64,000 nucleotides of DNA from Candidatus Sumerlaeia bacterium (lineage in GTDB: Bacteria > Sumerlaeota > Sumerlaeia > JADFCW01). Below, one piece after another: positions 1-10,645 of this stretch; positions within the stretch are counted from its first letter, which is position 1, and every line of letters begins with the position of its first letter. The stretch covers positions 17,616 through 81,615 of the forward strand of contig JAOAGV010000003.1 of the NCBI GenBank assembly GCA_026415575.1, given 5' to 3'. A program made the position numbers and the translations under genes. The notes under the pieces were generated by a model that saw only the letters and a program-made list of their open reading frames with translations, was not told the origin of the DNA and ran no database searches.

Positions 1-651
1 GGCGATTTTGCGCGGGATCATCGGCGGAAGCGGGCCGAACGATTCGGCGAGCGTGGTGATGATTGCCGCGCCGGTGGGCGTGGTGAGCTCGGCTTCGATG
101 CCGCCGGAGTAGATCGGCACGCCGCGCAGAATCTGCACGGTCGCCGGCGCGGGAACGGGCAACTCGCCGTGCCGGCAGCGAACCATGCCGTGGCCGGTGG
201 CGATGGGCGAGGCAACGACGCGCTCGATGCCCAGAAGTTCGATCGCCAGCATCGCGCCGGCAATGTCCACGATGGCGTCAATGCAGCCGACCTCGTGGAA
301 ATGGATGCGCTCGACGGGGCGGCGATGGACTTCGGCCTCGGCCTCGGCGAGGCGGCGGAAGGCTTCGCGCGCGCGGGCGCGTACGCGTTCGGGCAGTTGC
401 GAGCCGTCAAGAATCTTGTAGAGGTCGCCGAGGGTGCGATGCGTATCCTTGCTTTCGTCCACCGACACATCCACGCGCGTGGCGCGAATGCCCTGGCGCT
501 TGACGGCGACGGCCTGAATGTCAAAGCCCTCGACGGGCAGCGAGGCCAGCCCTTTTTTCAAGTCGGTGACGTCCAGTCCCAAATCCACGAGGGCCCCCAG
601 CGTCATGTCGCCGGAGATGCCGTTGTAGCAGTCGAAGTAAGCCAGGTTCAT
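1..651 (-). CDS. larC: Nickel pincer cofactor biosynthesis protein LarC, 3' end truncated by window edge
   Basis: Not in ORF track (no stop in window). Manual translation from ATG at 651: [25 protein letters not shown]...[16 protein letters not shown]...[11 protein letters not shown]...[10 protein letters not shown], the LarC signature motifs. ATGA overlap with the serS stop. Confidence 0.9.
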   Translation of the reverse strand, partial: MNLAYFDCYNGISGDMTLGALVDLGLDVTDLKKGLASLPVEGFDIQAVAVKRQGIRATRVDVSVDESKDTHRTLGDLYKILDGSQLPERVRARAREAFRRLAEAEAEVHRRPVERIHFHEVGCIDAIVDIAGAMLAIELLGIERVVASPIATGHGMVRCRHGELPVPAPATVQILRGVPIYSGGIEAELTTPTGAAIITTLAESFGPLPPMIPRKIA

Positions 652-1919
652 GCTGTAAGAACCTCGCATCCCATATAAGGTCTCAGGGCTTCCGGCACAA
701 GCACTTGACCCGCCGCCGTCTGATAGTTTTCCAGCAGGGCGATCACGGTTCGCGGCAGCGCGAGGCCCGAGCCGTTGAGGGTGTGAACAAACTCCGGTTT
801 GGCTTTTTCTTCGCGGCGGAATCGAATGTTCGCGCGCCGCGCCTGAAAGTCCCCGCAGTTGCTGACCGACGAGACCTCCAGATACCGGTCCACGCCCGCC
901 GCATACACTTCAATATCGTAGCATTTGGCGGCGGCGAATCCCATGTCGCCCGTGCACAGGGCTACCACGCGATAGTGCAGTCCCAGCCGCTGGAGGACGG
1001 TCTCGGCAAATGCCAGAAGCCGATCCAACTCGTTGTAGGAATCTTCCGGCGTGGTCAGCGAGACCATCTCGACCTTGTCGAACTGATGGAGGCGGATCAG
1101 GCCGCGCACGTCCTTGCCGTAGGAGCCGGCCTCGCGCCGGAAGCATGGGGTGTGGGCCGTGACGCGAATGGGCAGGTCGGCCGCGCGCAGAATCTCGTCG
1201 CGATACAGATTGACCAGTTGCACTTCGGCCGTGGGGATCAGAAACAGATCCTCGCCCGCGACGCGATACATGTCCTCTTCGAACTTCGGCAACTGGCCCG
1301 TGCCGGTCATGGTTTCGCGTGTGGCGAGCGCCGCCGGCATCATCTCGGTGAAGCCGTGCTCGCGGGTGTGGAGATCGAGCATGAAGGCAATGAGGGCGCG
1401 CTCGAGGCGTGCGCCCCATCCTGTGAAAAGCGCAAAGTTCGCGCCGCTGATTTTGGCCGAGCGGGGGAAGTCCAGCAAGCCGAGTCTCTCGCCGAGTTCC
1501 CAGTGGGGTTTGGGCGCGAAATCCAGTTTCGGCGGCTCGCCCCAACGTTTCACCTCAACGTTGTCCCGCGCGTCGTTGCCGACGGGCGTGGTTTCGTGGG
1601 GCAGATTGGGCACGAGCAGAAGGAGTGCATGAAGCGGCTCCTCGATGACGCGCAGTTTTTCGTCGTTGGCCTTGATCTGCTCGCCCAGTTGGCGAATTTC
1701 AGCCTGAAGGGCCGACGTGTCGAGGCCTTGTTTTTTCATCCGGCCAATCTTGGCGGAGGCCTCGTTGCGGCGCATTTTCATTGCATCGGTCTGCTGCACC
1801 AGCGCCCGCCGCTGCCGGTCCAGTTCGAGAATGCGGTCGAGGTCCACGCTGGCATTTCGGGCGGCCAGCCCTTGGCGCACCCGGTCGGTTTCCTCGCGAA
1901 TCAATCGAAGGTCTATCAT
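648..1919 (-). CDS. serS: Serine--tRNA ligase
   Basis: MIDLRLIR N-terminal coiled coil, [49 protein letters not shown]. Start placed at ATG 1919. Confidence 0.97.
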   Translation of the reverse strand: MIDLRLIREETDRVRQGLAARNASVDLDRILELDRQRRALVQQTDAMKMRRNEASAKIGRMKKQGLDTSALQAEIRQLGEQIKANDEKLRVIEEPLHALLLLVPNLPHETTPVGNDARDNVEVKRWGEPPKLDFAPKPHWELGERLGLLDFPRSAKISGANFALFTGWGARLERALIAFMLDLHTREHGFTEMMPAALATRETMTGTGQLPKFEEDMYRVAGEDLFLIPTAEVQLVNLYRDEILRAADLPIRVTAHTPCFRREAGSYGKDVRGLIRLHQFDKVEMVSLTTPEDSYNELDRLLAFAETVLQRLGLHYRVVALCTGDMGFAAAKCYDIEVYAAGVDRYLEVSSVSNCGDFQARRANIRFRREEKAKPEFVHTLNGSGLALPRTVIALLENYQTAAGQVLVPEALRPYMGCEVLTA

Positions 1920-2179
1920 GGACGGTCCATCACGACGGTGCCTGCAAACACTGCGCGGAAGCGGATTCGTATTCCCAGCGGCGCGGCGGAAGAAGCACAC
2001 AGCGGATTGCCGGCCCGCTCCGCAAAAATAGGATTGTGTCTTTAGGAGTCCAAAACGCGTGTGTCAACGGCAAAACCAGCCACCGAATCTGCGCGCGCCC
2101 GCGCCGCGAAATTTCTTGACGCGACCTTGCACCGGCCCAAAGACTTATTTCGGCCTATGGCAAGAAAGGACAGTCTGCT

Positions 2180-3595
2180 GTGAAGCCCATGCAATCGAGC
2201 GAGCGGGGAGACCTGTCGAGTGGCCTTTCGCGGCGCGCGCTGCTGCAAGGCGCCGGCGCCGCAGCCGCAGGCTTTGTCATCGTTCCCCGCCGTGTCCTCG
2301 GCGGCCCCGGCTATCGCAGCCCCGGACAGACACTCACACTGGCCGGCGTGGGTATCGGCGGCGTCGGTTTCCCCCAGATGCAATCGTGCGAAAAGGCCGG
2401 CTTCCAAGTCGTTGCCCTCTGCGACGTGGACGATCACTTGGCCGCCCCCGCCCGGAGAAAATGGCCGCAGGCCCGCACCTATCGCGATTTTCGCGAAATG
2501 TTTGATGCCGAAGGTGACAAAGTTGACGCGGTCTATATCGGGACGCCCGACCACACGCACGCGGTGATTACCGCAGCCGCATTGCGCAGAAACAAGCACG
2601 TCTGCTGTGTCAAGCCGCTGGCCCGCACGCTCCACGAATTGCAGACTGTGGTCGAGGCCGCCCGCCGCGCCGGGGTAGCCACCCAAGTAACCGCCGCGCC
2701 GAATACCAACGAAGCGTCCTGCCGCCTGTGCGAATTGCTATGGGCAGGGGCCATTGGCCAAGTCCGCGAAGTCCATGTCTGGTCCGACCGCCCCATCTGG
2801 CCGCAAGGCATGACCCGTCCCGCCGGCGAAGATTCGATTCCCGGGCATCTCGACTGGGACTTGTGGATCGGGCCGGCTCCCATGCGTCCCTTTAAAGACA
2901 AATGGCCCGAAGGCCATAGCGCTCTCGCGCAGATCAAGGCCAACAAGGGCAAACCGCCGCTTTCCACCGGTGTCTATCATCCCTTCAACTTTCGCGGGTG
3001 GTGGGATTTTGGCACAGGCGCCCTCGGCGACATGGGCTGCCACATCATCAATCCGGTCTATCGCGCCCTGAAGCTCGACCACCCGACGCGCATTCAGGCC
3101 ACCTCGACTCTGGTTCTCGAAGAAAGTGCCCCGTTGGCTTCGATTGTAACCTATGATTTTCCTGCACGCGATGACAGGAAGCCCGTACGCGTGGTCTGGT
3201 ATGACGGCGGCTTGAAGCCGCCGTGTCCCCAAGAACTGGCGGGCCGCCCGCTGCCCAATCAGGGCGCGCTCTTTATCGGCAGCAAGGGAAAGATGCTGGG
3301 GTCGGAAATTCTTCCGGTGTCCCGCGCCAAGCAGTTTGCCAATGTTCCCAAAACCTTGACCCGCCGTCCCGGCACGTTTGACGAGTGGTTCGAGGCCTGC
3401 AACGGAGGCGAGCCAGCCGGCTGTCATTTCGACTGGGCCGAATTGATCACAGAATTTGTCCTGCTCGGCAATATCGCTCTGCGCACAGGCATGGATTTAA
3501 AATGGAATCCGGCCAAAAGGCGCTTCACCGGCTCCGGCGCCGAAGAGGCCAATGCGTGGATTCGTCCGCCGTATCGCGAAGGGTGGACGCTGTAG
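2180..3595 (+). CDS. Tat-exported Gfo/Idh/MocA family oxidoreductase
   Basis: SRRALL twin-arginine signal, GIGGVG Rossmann motif, TPDHTH, WDLWIGPAP, FRGWWDFGTGALGDMGCH. Start may be ATG 2189. Confidence 0.88.
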   Translation: MKPMQSSERGDLSSGLSRRALLQGAGAAAAGFVIVPRRVLGGPGYRSPGQTLTLAGVGIGGVGFPQMQSCEKAGFQVVALCDVDDHLAAPARRKWPQARTYRDFREMFDAEGDKVDAVYIGTPDHTHAVITAAALRRNKHVCCVKPLARTLHELQTVVEAARRAGVATQVTAAPNTNEASCRLCELLWAGAIGQVREVHVWSDRPIWPQGMTRPAGEDSIPGHLDWDLWIGPAPMRPFKDKWPEGHSALAQIKANKGKPPLSTGVYHPFNFRGWWDFGTGALGDMGCHIINPVYRALKLDHPTRIQATSTLVLEESAPLASIVTYDFPARDDRKPVRVVWYDGGLKPPCPQELAGRPLPNQGALFIGSKGKMLGSEILPVSRAKQFANVPKTLTRRPGTFDEWFEACNGGEPAGCHFDWAELITEFVLLGNIALRTGMDLKWNPAKRRFTGSGAEEANAWIRPPYREGWTL

Positions 3596-3675
3596 GGTGG
3601 CGGAGTTGCAAAAGGGATGCAAGCTGAAGTCCGGACTGCAAACGTCAAACCGAAGTGTGAGCTACGAGCGAAGGG

Positions 3676-5016
3676 ATGAAACGCAGGATGGTGCGGAGAG
3701 GGATGTTGATTTTGATCGCCGCAGCCGGCGCGGCTGTTCTGGCCGACGGTTGCCGCTCGCGCCGCCCGCCCGTCCTGCGCGTTGCCCATATCTACGAACC
3801 GTTGGCCGGACCCGTTTATGCCGCCGGTCTTCGCTGGTTCGAAGGCATTGCGGAACAGTTCAAACAGGCCCATCCGGAATTCACCGTCCGTTTCGAGCAG
3901 GTCCAGTGGAACAAGATAGATAGCAAGTCCATGACGGATTATCGCGCGGGAGTCGGCCACGATGTTGTGATGAGCTCGCCCCAGATGATGCCGCAACATT
4001 TCATGACGGGCGACCTGCTTGACTTGACTCCCTTCCTTCGGCAATGGCCGCCGGCGGCTGTCGAGGACTTTGCCTGGTCGCCGTCGTGGCGCGCGTGCAC
4101 CAGCGGCCCGATATGCTTGGGCATCCCGACGGGCGTTCATGCACGCGTGGTCATTTACCGCAAAGATTATTTCAAGGAGGCCGGTCTTGATCCCGACCAT
4201 CCGCCGGCCACGCTCGACGCACTGCTGGATGCCGCAAAGAAACTCACGCGCGACACCAATGGCGACGGCAAAACGGATGTCTGGGGACTGGGCCTTTACA
4301 TGGGCCCCGAACGCGCCACCATCGAACTCTATTTCGCCCCGTTGCTCTGGCATTTTGGCGGCGACCTCTGGGATTCGGCCACCCAGCGGGCCGTGTTTGC
4401 CGACGCCGCGGGTGTGCGCGCGGCCGAGTGGCTCCGCGATTGCGTCCATGTTCACAAAGTGACGCCGCCCGCAGCCATGGGCGGCAAGTATGACGGCGTA
4501 TTCGAGGCCTTCATGCGCGGCGAACTGGCCATGGCTTGGGGGTGGGGAAATTATTGGAACGTGGAACTGGAAGCCAGAGGATGGACCAAAGGCTTGCATC
4601 CGGCAACGCCCGGCGGGCAGGCAGTCAACGTCGGGGTTATGGTCACACCCACGCGCGAGGGTGCGCAGTTTTCCAACTGCTGGGCGGTCTCGATCCACAA
4701 ACTCAGTCCGCATCCCGACAAGGCATTTGCGTTTATCGAGACCCTGCTGAAGACGGAGAACCTCGACCACTATGCCGATGCCGGATTGCCGGCGCGACGC
4801 TCGATGTGGGAGCGGCCGCAGTTCGACAACGACTGGTATCGCACATGGCGGCAGGCGGCCGAGCGCGGGCGGCCGATGCCCCCGACGCCGCACTTCAATC
4901 ATCTGGCCGACTCCATCGCGGTGGCCTTGCAGGAAATTGTATTGAAACAGGCTGATCCGGCCCAGACCCTCCGGCGCTATCAAGACGAGTTCAACCGGCG
5001 TTATGCAAAGCCATAA
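3676..5016 (+). CDS. Carbohydrate ABC transporter substrate-binding lipoprotein
   Basis: Signal peptide with LADGC lipobox-like site; YRKDYFKEAGLDP..PATLDAL..AAKKLT (SBP_bac_1-like); followed by two permeases. Confidence 0.88.
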   Translation: MKRRMVRRGMLILIAAAGAAVLADGCRSRRPPVLRVAHIYEPLAGPVYAAGLRWFEGIAEQFKQAHPEFTVRFEQVQWNKIDSKSMTDYRAGVGHDVVMSSPQMMPQHFMTGDLLDLTPFLRQWPPAAVEDFAWSPSWRACTSGPICLGIPTGVHARVVIYRKDYFKEAGLDPDHPPATLDALLDAAKKLTRDTNGDGKTDVWGLGLYMGPERATIELYFAPLLWHFGGDLWDSATQRAVFADAAGVRAAEWLRDCVHVHKVTPPAAMGGKYDGVFEAFMRGELAMAWGWGNYWNVELEARGWTKGLHPATPGGQAVNVGVMVTPTREGAQFSNCWAVSIHKLSPHPDKAFAFIETLLKTENLDHYADAGLPARRSMWERPQFDNDWYRTWRQAAERGRPMPPTPHFNHLADSIAVALQEIVLKQADPAQTLRRYQDEFNRRYAKP

Positions 5017-5899
5017 GCCATCGCTTCTCGCCCGCATTGTTGGATCGCCGCAGTGGCTGTTTTTGCCGGCGCTGCTTTTCCTCGCCCTGTTCTGGGTGGC
5101 GCCGATCGGTCCGGGCCTTCTCATCAGTTGTCAGGATCCGGTGCCGGGAACCGCGCTGCTCGAATGGGTGGGGCTGGCCAACTACCGCCTTCTTCTGGCC
5201 GAAAAGACATTCCGAACCAATGCATTTCTGACGCTGGTCTATCTGCTGGGCGTTGTGGGGTTTTCGACTCCGGTTGCCTATCTTGCCGCGTTGGCGATTG
5301 CCGGGCAAAAACGCGGCATGGGGGCAATCCGTGCGTTGTTTCTCTTGCCATGGGTGGTGCCGCCGGTGGTCAGCGCGCTGATTTTTCGCGGCATGGCCGA
5401 CCCGCAGGTCGGGCCGCTGGCCGCGCTCTACCAATGGCTGTCGGGCAATCCCGACCTGATCCCCCTGCATCACCCCTTCTGGGCGATGGTGAACGTAATT
5501 GTCCACAGCGTCTGGCGGTCGGTGCCCGTGCTGACGTTGTTTCTGGCGGCGGGGCTGACCACGATTCCCGACGAGCTGTACGAGGCCGCGGAAGTGGATG
5601 GCGCGGGCTCTTGGCAGCGTTTCCGCCTGATCACGCTGCCGCTGACCCGCTCTCATTTGGCCACCGGCCTTTTGCTCATCAGTGCTTTTACGCTGCAAGA
5701 TGCCGAGACCATCTATGCCATGACCGGCGGGGGGCCGGGCCACGACACCGAGGTGCTGGCCGTGCGGCTGTTCCGCGAGGCATTTGCGCAGGGACAGTTG
5801 CATGTGGCCGCCGCAATCGGGACGCTGCTTCTGGCGGCCGGCGTTGCGCTTATGGTGCTTTACTTAATTCTCTTCCGGCGGACGGAGGCTGCGTCATGA
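5003..5899 (+). CDS. Carbohydrate ABC transporter permease (MalF/UgpA type)
   Basis: WVGLANY, LPWVVP, ELYEAAEVDGAGSWQRFRLITLP (EAA loop), TGGGPG. Confidence 0.92.
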   Translation: MQSHKPSLLARIVGSPQWLFLPALLFLALFWVAPIGPGLLISCQDPVPGTALLEWVGLANYRLLLAEKTFRTNAFLTLVYLLGVVGFSTPVAYLAALAIAGQKRGMGAIRALFLLPWVVPPVVSALIFRGMADPQVGPLAALYQWLSGNPDLIPLHHPFWAMVNVIVHSVWRSVPVLTLFLAAGLTTIPDELYEAAEVDGAGSWQRFRLITLPLTRSHLATGLLLISAFTLQDAETIYAMTGGGPGHDTEVLAVRLFREAFAQGQLHVAAAIGTLLLAAGVALMVLYLILFRRTEAAS

Positions 5900-6690
5900 A
5901 GCGGTTTGCACGCGCAGCAGTGCTGGCAGCCCTGACGGCCTTTTGTCTGTTTCCGATTCTCTGGGGTGTGCGAACGAGTCTGTCGCCGCCGCTGGAGAAG
6001 GCCCTATGGCCGGCGCGGCTGACCGTCGAGCACTACGGAAAAATCCTGTCGCGCGCCGATTTTTATCGCTATGCCCTCAACAGCTTTGTCCTGACGGCCG
6101 GCACACTCCTCGTGGTCATCCCGCTGGCGTTGATGGCCGGCTATGCGCTGGCGCGCCACCGTTTCTGGGGCCGGCAGGTCGCACCGGTGCTTTTGGCGCT
6201 GCCGCTTCTGCCGGCGGTGTCGTTTTTGGTGCCGATTGCCGGCTATCTGCATGCGATGGGCTTGTATGACACGCGCTTGGCGCTGGTTTTGGCCAACGCG
6301 GCGTTTGCGCTTCCGTTTGCAATCTGGATGGTCTGGAATTTTGTCCATGCCCTTCCGCCGTCGCTCGAAGAGGCGGCGTTTCTGGACGGCTGTTCGCGGC
6401 TGCAGGCCTTGGTGCGGGTCGTGCTGCCGGCCATGGGCCCCGGCGCCGCGGCCGCGTCGGTCTTTGTTGCCGTGCAGAGCTGGAGCAACTACCTGTTCGC
6501 CTTTGCGTTGACCAGCGACTCGCGCATTCGCGTTCTGCCTCATGCCATTGTCGAATACATCGGGCAGTTTTCGACCGATCTGGGCGGACTGACCGCCATC
6601 GGCATCCTCACGCTGATCCCGCCGCTGGTTTTGTATCAACTTTTGCAAAAATGGTTTGTCGCCGGCATGTATGGTGCCGCCCGCCCTTAG
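5896..6690 (+). CDS. Carbohydrate ABC transporter permease (MalG type)
   Basis: Start MKRFARAA at 5896 (ATGA overlap) within ORF 5053-6690; SLEEAAFLDGCS EAA loop; LQKWFVAG C-terminus. Confidence 0.92.
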   Translation: MKRFARAAVLAALTAFCLFPILWGVRTSLSPPLEKALWPARLTVEHYGKILSRADFYRYALNSFVLTAGTLLVVIPLALMAGYALARHRFWGRQVAPVLLALPLLPAVSFLVPIAGYLHAMGLYDTRLALVLANAAFALPFAIWMVWNFVHALPPSLEEAAFLDGCSRLQALVRVVLPAMGPGAAAASVFVAVQSWSNYLFAFALTSDSRIRVLPHAIVEYIGQFSTDLGGLTAIGILTLIPPLVLYQLLQKWFVAGMYGAARP

Positions 6691-6702
6691 AAGCGTCCCG
6701 GC

Positions 6703-7992
6703 TTACCGGCGATTGGCAATGGCGGCGTCAACCAGATTGCGCATGGAGGCGACGACGGATTCCCACGATCTTTCGCGCGCCAATTGAATGCCGCGGTCGC
6801 GACGTTCGGGGGGAAAGTCGCGCAGCGCGCGCTCGCATTGGGCCAGAAACGCCTCCGGGGTTTCGGCGAAATAGATGACGTCGCTGTAGTGCTTCACCAT
6901 GTCGGGGATGGGCGTGGAGACGACAGGCTTGCCCGATGCGAAGTATTCCAACGCCTTGGTGGGATTGATGTGAGCCGTTAGTTCGTTGAGTTTGAACGGC
7001 ATCAAACATACATCGAAGACGGACAGATAACGCGGCAGAAGTTCGTAGCGGCGCGCACCCGTAAATACGACATTGGGGGCGGAGAACAGACGGAAAACGT
7101 TCGGGAAGACCGGGCCGATCATCACCAGATTCCAGTCGGGGCGCTCGCGGGCGATGAACTGGAGAAGCTCGCTGTCAATGCGGTCGTCAATCGCGCCGAA
7201 GTAGCCGAGAGTGACCGAGCCGCGCAGGTGGCGTAGGTCGTGCGGGCGGTCGCGGTGATACAGGTTGCCGAAGTGTTCGACGTCCACGCCGCAGGCGAAG
7301 AAGTGGATGTTGCGGCCGGGGGCGCGCTTGCGCTCGAACAGGGCATCGGTGCCGGCGAAAATCACGTCGGCCTTGTCGAGCAGGAACCGCTCTTTTTCGG
7401 CGGTGTCGCGCGGCGCCCAGCAAAAATGGCTGTATTCGTCCTGGATGTCATAGACGACAGCGCGCTCGCCGAGGCAACCGGCCAGCCATGCCTGCGAGGG
7501 AAAATAGAACCACAGAACCACGGGGCCGAAGCCAAGGCGCTGCATCCAATACCGGATGCGCGTTTCCAGCAGGAAACGGTTCAGCCGCTGGAAGACCGGC
7601 GATTGGGTCTCGAACGGCAGCATGAACAGTTCGGCGTGCCAGAGGTTGGGCCGAACCCGCCGGAAGGAAAGCCGCCGCAGAGGCGCGTGTTTGAGATGGG
7701 CGTCGAGCCGAATCGGATTGATATAGAGGACCTTTGACCGGCGCGCCAGTCCGGCCATGGTGTGGTGATTCCGCTGCCAGATATGCTCCCAGTTCACGTG
7801 GCTGATGCAGACCACGTCCCATGCCGCGGGAGTATCGGATTTGGCCGAACGCTGCGCGCGGCGTTCGCGCCTTTTTAACAGGAGCCGCAAAAAACAGGTC
7901 TTGATCAAGAGATAGAGGGCGATCGGCGGCATCAGAAACATGAGCCGGATCGCCTGAAAGACGGTGATTTGGAATCGCAGATCGCGGGCCAT
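6703..7992 (-). CDS. GT-B fold glycosyltransferase (GT4/TuaH-like)
   Basis: WQRNHH, VVYDIQDEY, GYFGAI, NPTKALEYFASGKPVVST. Confidence 0.85.
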   Translation of the reverse strand: MARDLRFQITVFQAIRLMFLMPPIALYLLIKTCFLRLLLKRRERRAQRSAKSDTPAAWDVVCISHVNWEHIWQRNHHTMAGLARRSKVLYINPIRLDAHLKHAPLRRLSFRRVRPNLWHAELFMLPFETQSPVFQRLNRFLLETRIRYWMQRLGFGPVVLWFYFPSQAWLAGCLGERAVVYDIQDEYSHFCWAPRDTAEKERFLLDKADVIFAGTDALFERKRAPGRNIHFFACGVDVEHFGNLYHRDRPHDLRHLRGSVTLGYFGAIDDRIDSELLQFIARERPDWNLVMIGPVFPNVFRLFSAPNVVFTGARRYELLPRYLSVFDVCLMPFKLNELTAHINPTKALEYFASGKPVVSTPIPDMVKHYSDVIYFAETPEAFLAQCERALRDFPPERRDRGIQLARERSWESVVASMRNLVDAAIANRR

Positions 7993-8001
7993 TAGCACAC
8001 C

Positions 8002-8961
8002 TTACAGCACGACGGCGCCATGGCGGAGCGAGCCGGCGATGCGGCCGGCCGTAAAGCAGGCAAACCGCAACACGTCGTAGCCGTAGAATTTTCGTTCCCA
8101 GTCGTCATTGCCCGGCGGCAGCGGCCCAAGAAATCGAACCATGGCCTTCCACCAGAGGCGATAGTGTTCGCGGTCCAAATAAACAGGACCAATGCCCAGC
8201 CGATGCCGGTGCTTTTTTAGCAGGAAGACGGAACCTTTTCCGTAGCGATACATCCAGCGGCAAAACGCTTTCACCGTCGGGCGATGATGATGATAGACCA
8301 CGGCATCGGGCGCAAATGCAAAGCAGTATCCAAGATCGGCGATGCGCCAGCACAAATCGGCATCTTCGCCGGAGACGGCAAAGCGGGTGTCAAAGCCGCC
8401 GACGGCTTCGATCAGACGTTTTGGGATCAGCGCATTGGCCGTGATCAGAAACGGCGGCGACGTGGGGCGGTCGTCGAGAGCAATTTCCTGCGCAAGCAAC
8501 TGGCGCTCGCTGATGTAGTATTGGATGGGCGTTTGCAGCTGATAGGTTGCCAAATAGCCGCCGACGCCACCGAGCGCGGGCTGGCGGTCGAACCGGGCGA
8601 CGAGGGCGGCAAGCCATGCGCGGTCGGCCACACAGTCGGCGTCGGTGAATACAACCAGTTCGCCGCGCGAAGCAACGACACCCGTCTGACGGGCGGCTGC
8701 AACTCCCCGGCGCGGTTCTTCGATAAGACGGACATCGTAGCCGCCGGCGATTTCTGCGGTCCGATCCGTCGAGCCGTTATTGACCACAATCACTTCATAA
8801 ACGTCGCGCGGCAGGGTTTGCGCGAGAACCGACCGCAAGCAATTGCCGATGCATGATTCCGCCTGATAGGCGGGAATGACCACCGAGACTCGGAGGGATG
8901 AAGGGTGCGTTGGCAGGGGGGCTGTGGACGGAGTGGACGGCATGGGCAAAATGGACGGCAT
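8002..8961 (-). CDS. Glycosyltransferase family 2
   Basis: VSVVIPAYQ, EVIVVNNGSTD, FTDADC (DxD), GGFD..F...GEDADLCWR. Start uncertain (8961 or 8943; both lie inside a 9-nt repeat). Confidence 0.88.
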   Translation of the reverse strand: MPSILPMPSTPSTAPLPTHPSSLRVSVVIPAYQAESCIGNCLRSVLAQTLPRDVYEVIVVNNGSTDRTAEIAGGYDVRLIEEPRRGVAAARQTGVVASRGELVVFTDADCVADRAWLAALVARFDRQPALGGVGGYLATYQLQTPIQYYISERQLLAQEIALDDRPTSPPFLITANALIPKRLIEAVGGFDTRFAVSGEDADLCWRIADLGYCFAFAPDAVVYHHHRPTVKAFCRWMYRYGKGSVFLLKKHRHRLGIGPVYLDREHYRLWWKAMVRFLGPLPPGNDDWERKFYGYDVLRFACFTAGRIAGSLRHGAVVL

Positions 8962-8969
8962 GGACGTGC
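8925..8969. repeat. Five degenerate 9-nt tandem units (TGGACGGCA-like)
   Basis: tggacggag tggacggca tgggcaaaa tggacggca tggacgtgc. Confidence 0.8.
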
Positions 8970-9010
8970 CGGCGGAAGACAAGCAGTAAAGGGTCGCTCT
9001 TAGTTTTGCA

Positions 9011-9625
9011 CTACAGTTCGTTGCTTGCGGCGGGCGGTTTGCGTCCGGCGGCAATTTCGGGCCGGGGCGCTGGATCGCGCGTCGGGGGCTCGGCGGGCGG
9101 CCGCCGCTCGACCGCCGGGCGCGGGGCGCCGCTGTTGTCCGGTGCTTTTTCCCGGATGCCCATGAGGCAGCGGCCTTCGATCTTGGCGCCGCCTTCAATA
9201 ATCAGTCCCCCTGAGGCCGTTTGAAAATCGCCGTGAATTTCGCCCGTGGCCTGAATTTCAAGCCGCTCGTGCGCAATGACACTGCCAAAGACCTTGCCGC
9301 TGACGGCTACCGTGCGCGCGGTAATCGGGCCTTTGACAGCGCCGGTTTGGCCGACCACGACGGCATCTTCGGCAAGAATCTCGCCTTCGACACGCCCATC
9401 AATCCGCAACATGCCTTTGGAAACAATCTTGCCGCCGATGAAGCTGGTGTCCTCCCCGATGATGGACTCGACCGCGCCGGCGCTGGGACGCCGGGCAGGC
9501 GACTCTGGTCGGGCGGGCAGAGACGTCGGCTCACTCATGGGTTTCTTCTCCGTTCGAGAAGGTTCGGCGCCGGCCGATGGCCCGGTGGGCGCCATGATCT
9601 TGTCGGGAATTTTGCGTCCAAACAT
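9011..9625 (-). CDS. Bactofilin (polymer-forming cytoskeletal protein)
   Basis: SIIGEDTSF..G.I...G.LRIDGRVEGEI......VVGQTGAVKG.I.A..V.VSG.V.G beta-helix with Pro-rich disordered termini; GGGAG RBS upstream of ATG 9625. Confidence 0.88.
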   Translation of the reverse strand: MFGRKIPDKIMAPTGPSAGAEPSRTEKKPMSEPTSLPARPESPARRPSAGAVESIIGEDTSFIGGKIVSKGMLRIDGRVEGEILAEDAVVVGQTGAVKGPITARTVAVSGKVFGSVIAHERLEIQATGEIHGDFQTASGGLIIEGGAKIEGRCLMGIREKAPDNSGAPRPAVERRPPAEPPTRDPAPRPEIAAGRKPPAASNEL

Positions 9626-9767
9626 TCGCGTCACTCCCTCTTGCCGCGGTGGCGGGCTCACGGCCCGGCAACCCCCGCGCGCAGGCTTTTCCAACGCGCG
9701 TCCTGCCAAAAAGATTTGGCATTCCCCTGCACAACCAAGTTAAAGAAAAACACTATCGTCCAACATT

Positions 9768-9802
9768 CAATCCAAAACCCAAGATTTAAATTCCAAAATC
9801 CT
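9768..9802. repeat. Degenerate 7-nt tandem repeat (AAATCCA-like)
   Basis: caatcca aaaccca agattta aattcca aaatcct. Confidence 0.6.
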
Positions 9803-10418
9803 ACCGTCCTTCGTCCACAGTTGGCAGTTTTGGCCGTATTTCCTTGCGTTTGGCAGTCCAGACAGTGCGCCCGGCGGCGTCCCGGCTTTCTCGAACCTCC
9901 AGTTCGGGCGGGGACTGCGGCTTGAGATCCGGGCGTTCCCCTTCGGCAAAGCTCAATTCCCCGCCGGTGTCCGAGTCCGTTTCCATCAGCGCGGGTCGGT
10001 AGCGAATGGCCTTGCCCCGAAGGAAATACAGGTCTGTCCAGCCTTGCCGGTAGGAGCGGAACGGCGTCTGGGGATCGAGGACAAAATTGCGATCGGGCGC
10101 AATCAGCATGGACACGTGGATGACGGCATCGGCGCCGAGGCGGCGGGCGCGCTCGCGCAGGTCGTTCACCAGCACTTTTTGCGTCTCCGAAGTCAACGCC
10201 TCTACCTTAATGGAGTCCAGAATTGCGATCTCCTCGTAGGGTGTAAGGACATCGCCCTGATACAGTTCAATCTGCTGGAGAGGCGACGTGGGCGGATAAG
10301 TGCGGTCCGTCAGCATTTTCATCCGCGGCTGACAGCCGGAAGCCGCCAGCGCGACCAGAAGCGCGGCCAAGGCCGCCTTGCCATAAGGACCAACATACAA
10401 TGTGTGATCAGTGCGCAT
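9801..10418 (-). CDS. Hypothetical lipoprotein (possible YbjQ/heavy-metal-binding-like fold)
   Basis: LVALAASGC lipobox; LRERARRLGADAVI motif. Confidence 0.65.
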   Translation of the reverse strand: MRTDHTLYVGPYGKAALAALLVALAASGCQPRMKMLTDRTYPPTSPLQQIELYQGDVLTPYEEIAILDSIKVEALTSETQKVLVNDLRERARRLGADAVIHVSMLIAPDRNFVLDPQTPFRSYRQGWTDLYFLRGKAIRYRPALMETDSDTGGELSFAEGERPDLKPQSPPELEVRESRDAAGRTVWTAKRKEIRPKLPTVDEGR

Positions 10419-10645
10419 GCAAAATTGCCTTGATTCCCCAAAAGCGGTCTGCCGGAGGGAATTGATTTCCGGCTCACTGGACTTTATTTCCTACGGGCAG
10501 GGGCTGTCGCCTGTCAATCGCCTTTATCGAAAGGCGGTATTGGAATGTCGGCCGCACCTTGACAAGTCGGATCCGGCTGCCGACCATCCCGTCTGTTGTC
10601 GGCGGGATTTGCCCGCCGTTTATTTCGCCAATCGGTGTGACCCGC

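Noticed and set aside
705-2045. Long antisense ORFs (e.g. 705-2045, 3424-5124, 14298-15806, 34779-36395, 41980-43932, 57812-60073, 62448-63614)
   Set aside because: Shadow frames opposite well-supported genes, expected from high-GC codon bias; no recognisable motifs.
1920-2179. T-box leader upstream of serS (also checked upstream of argS)
   Set aside because: No T-box consensus or terminator/antiterminator structure recognised.
3676-6690. Sugar ABC unit lacking an ATPase gene; also the orphan ABC-2 permease at 10646
   Set aside because: Sharing an ATPase encoded in trans is common for such transporters.
9717-9733. TGGCAT...TGCA (and TGGCAC at 14071) as sigma-54 promoters
   Set aside because: The GG-to-GC spacing is not the required 10 nt, or the -12 element is absent.
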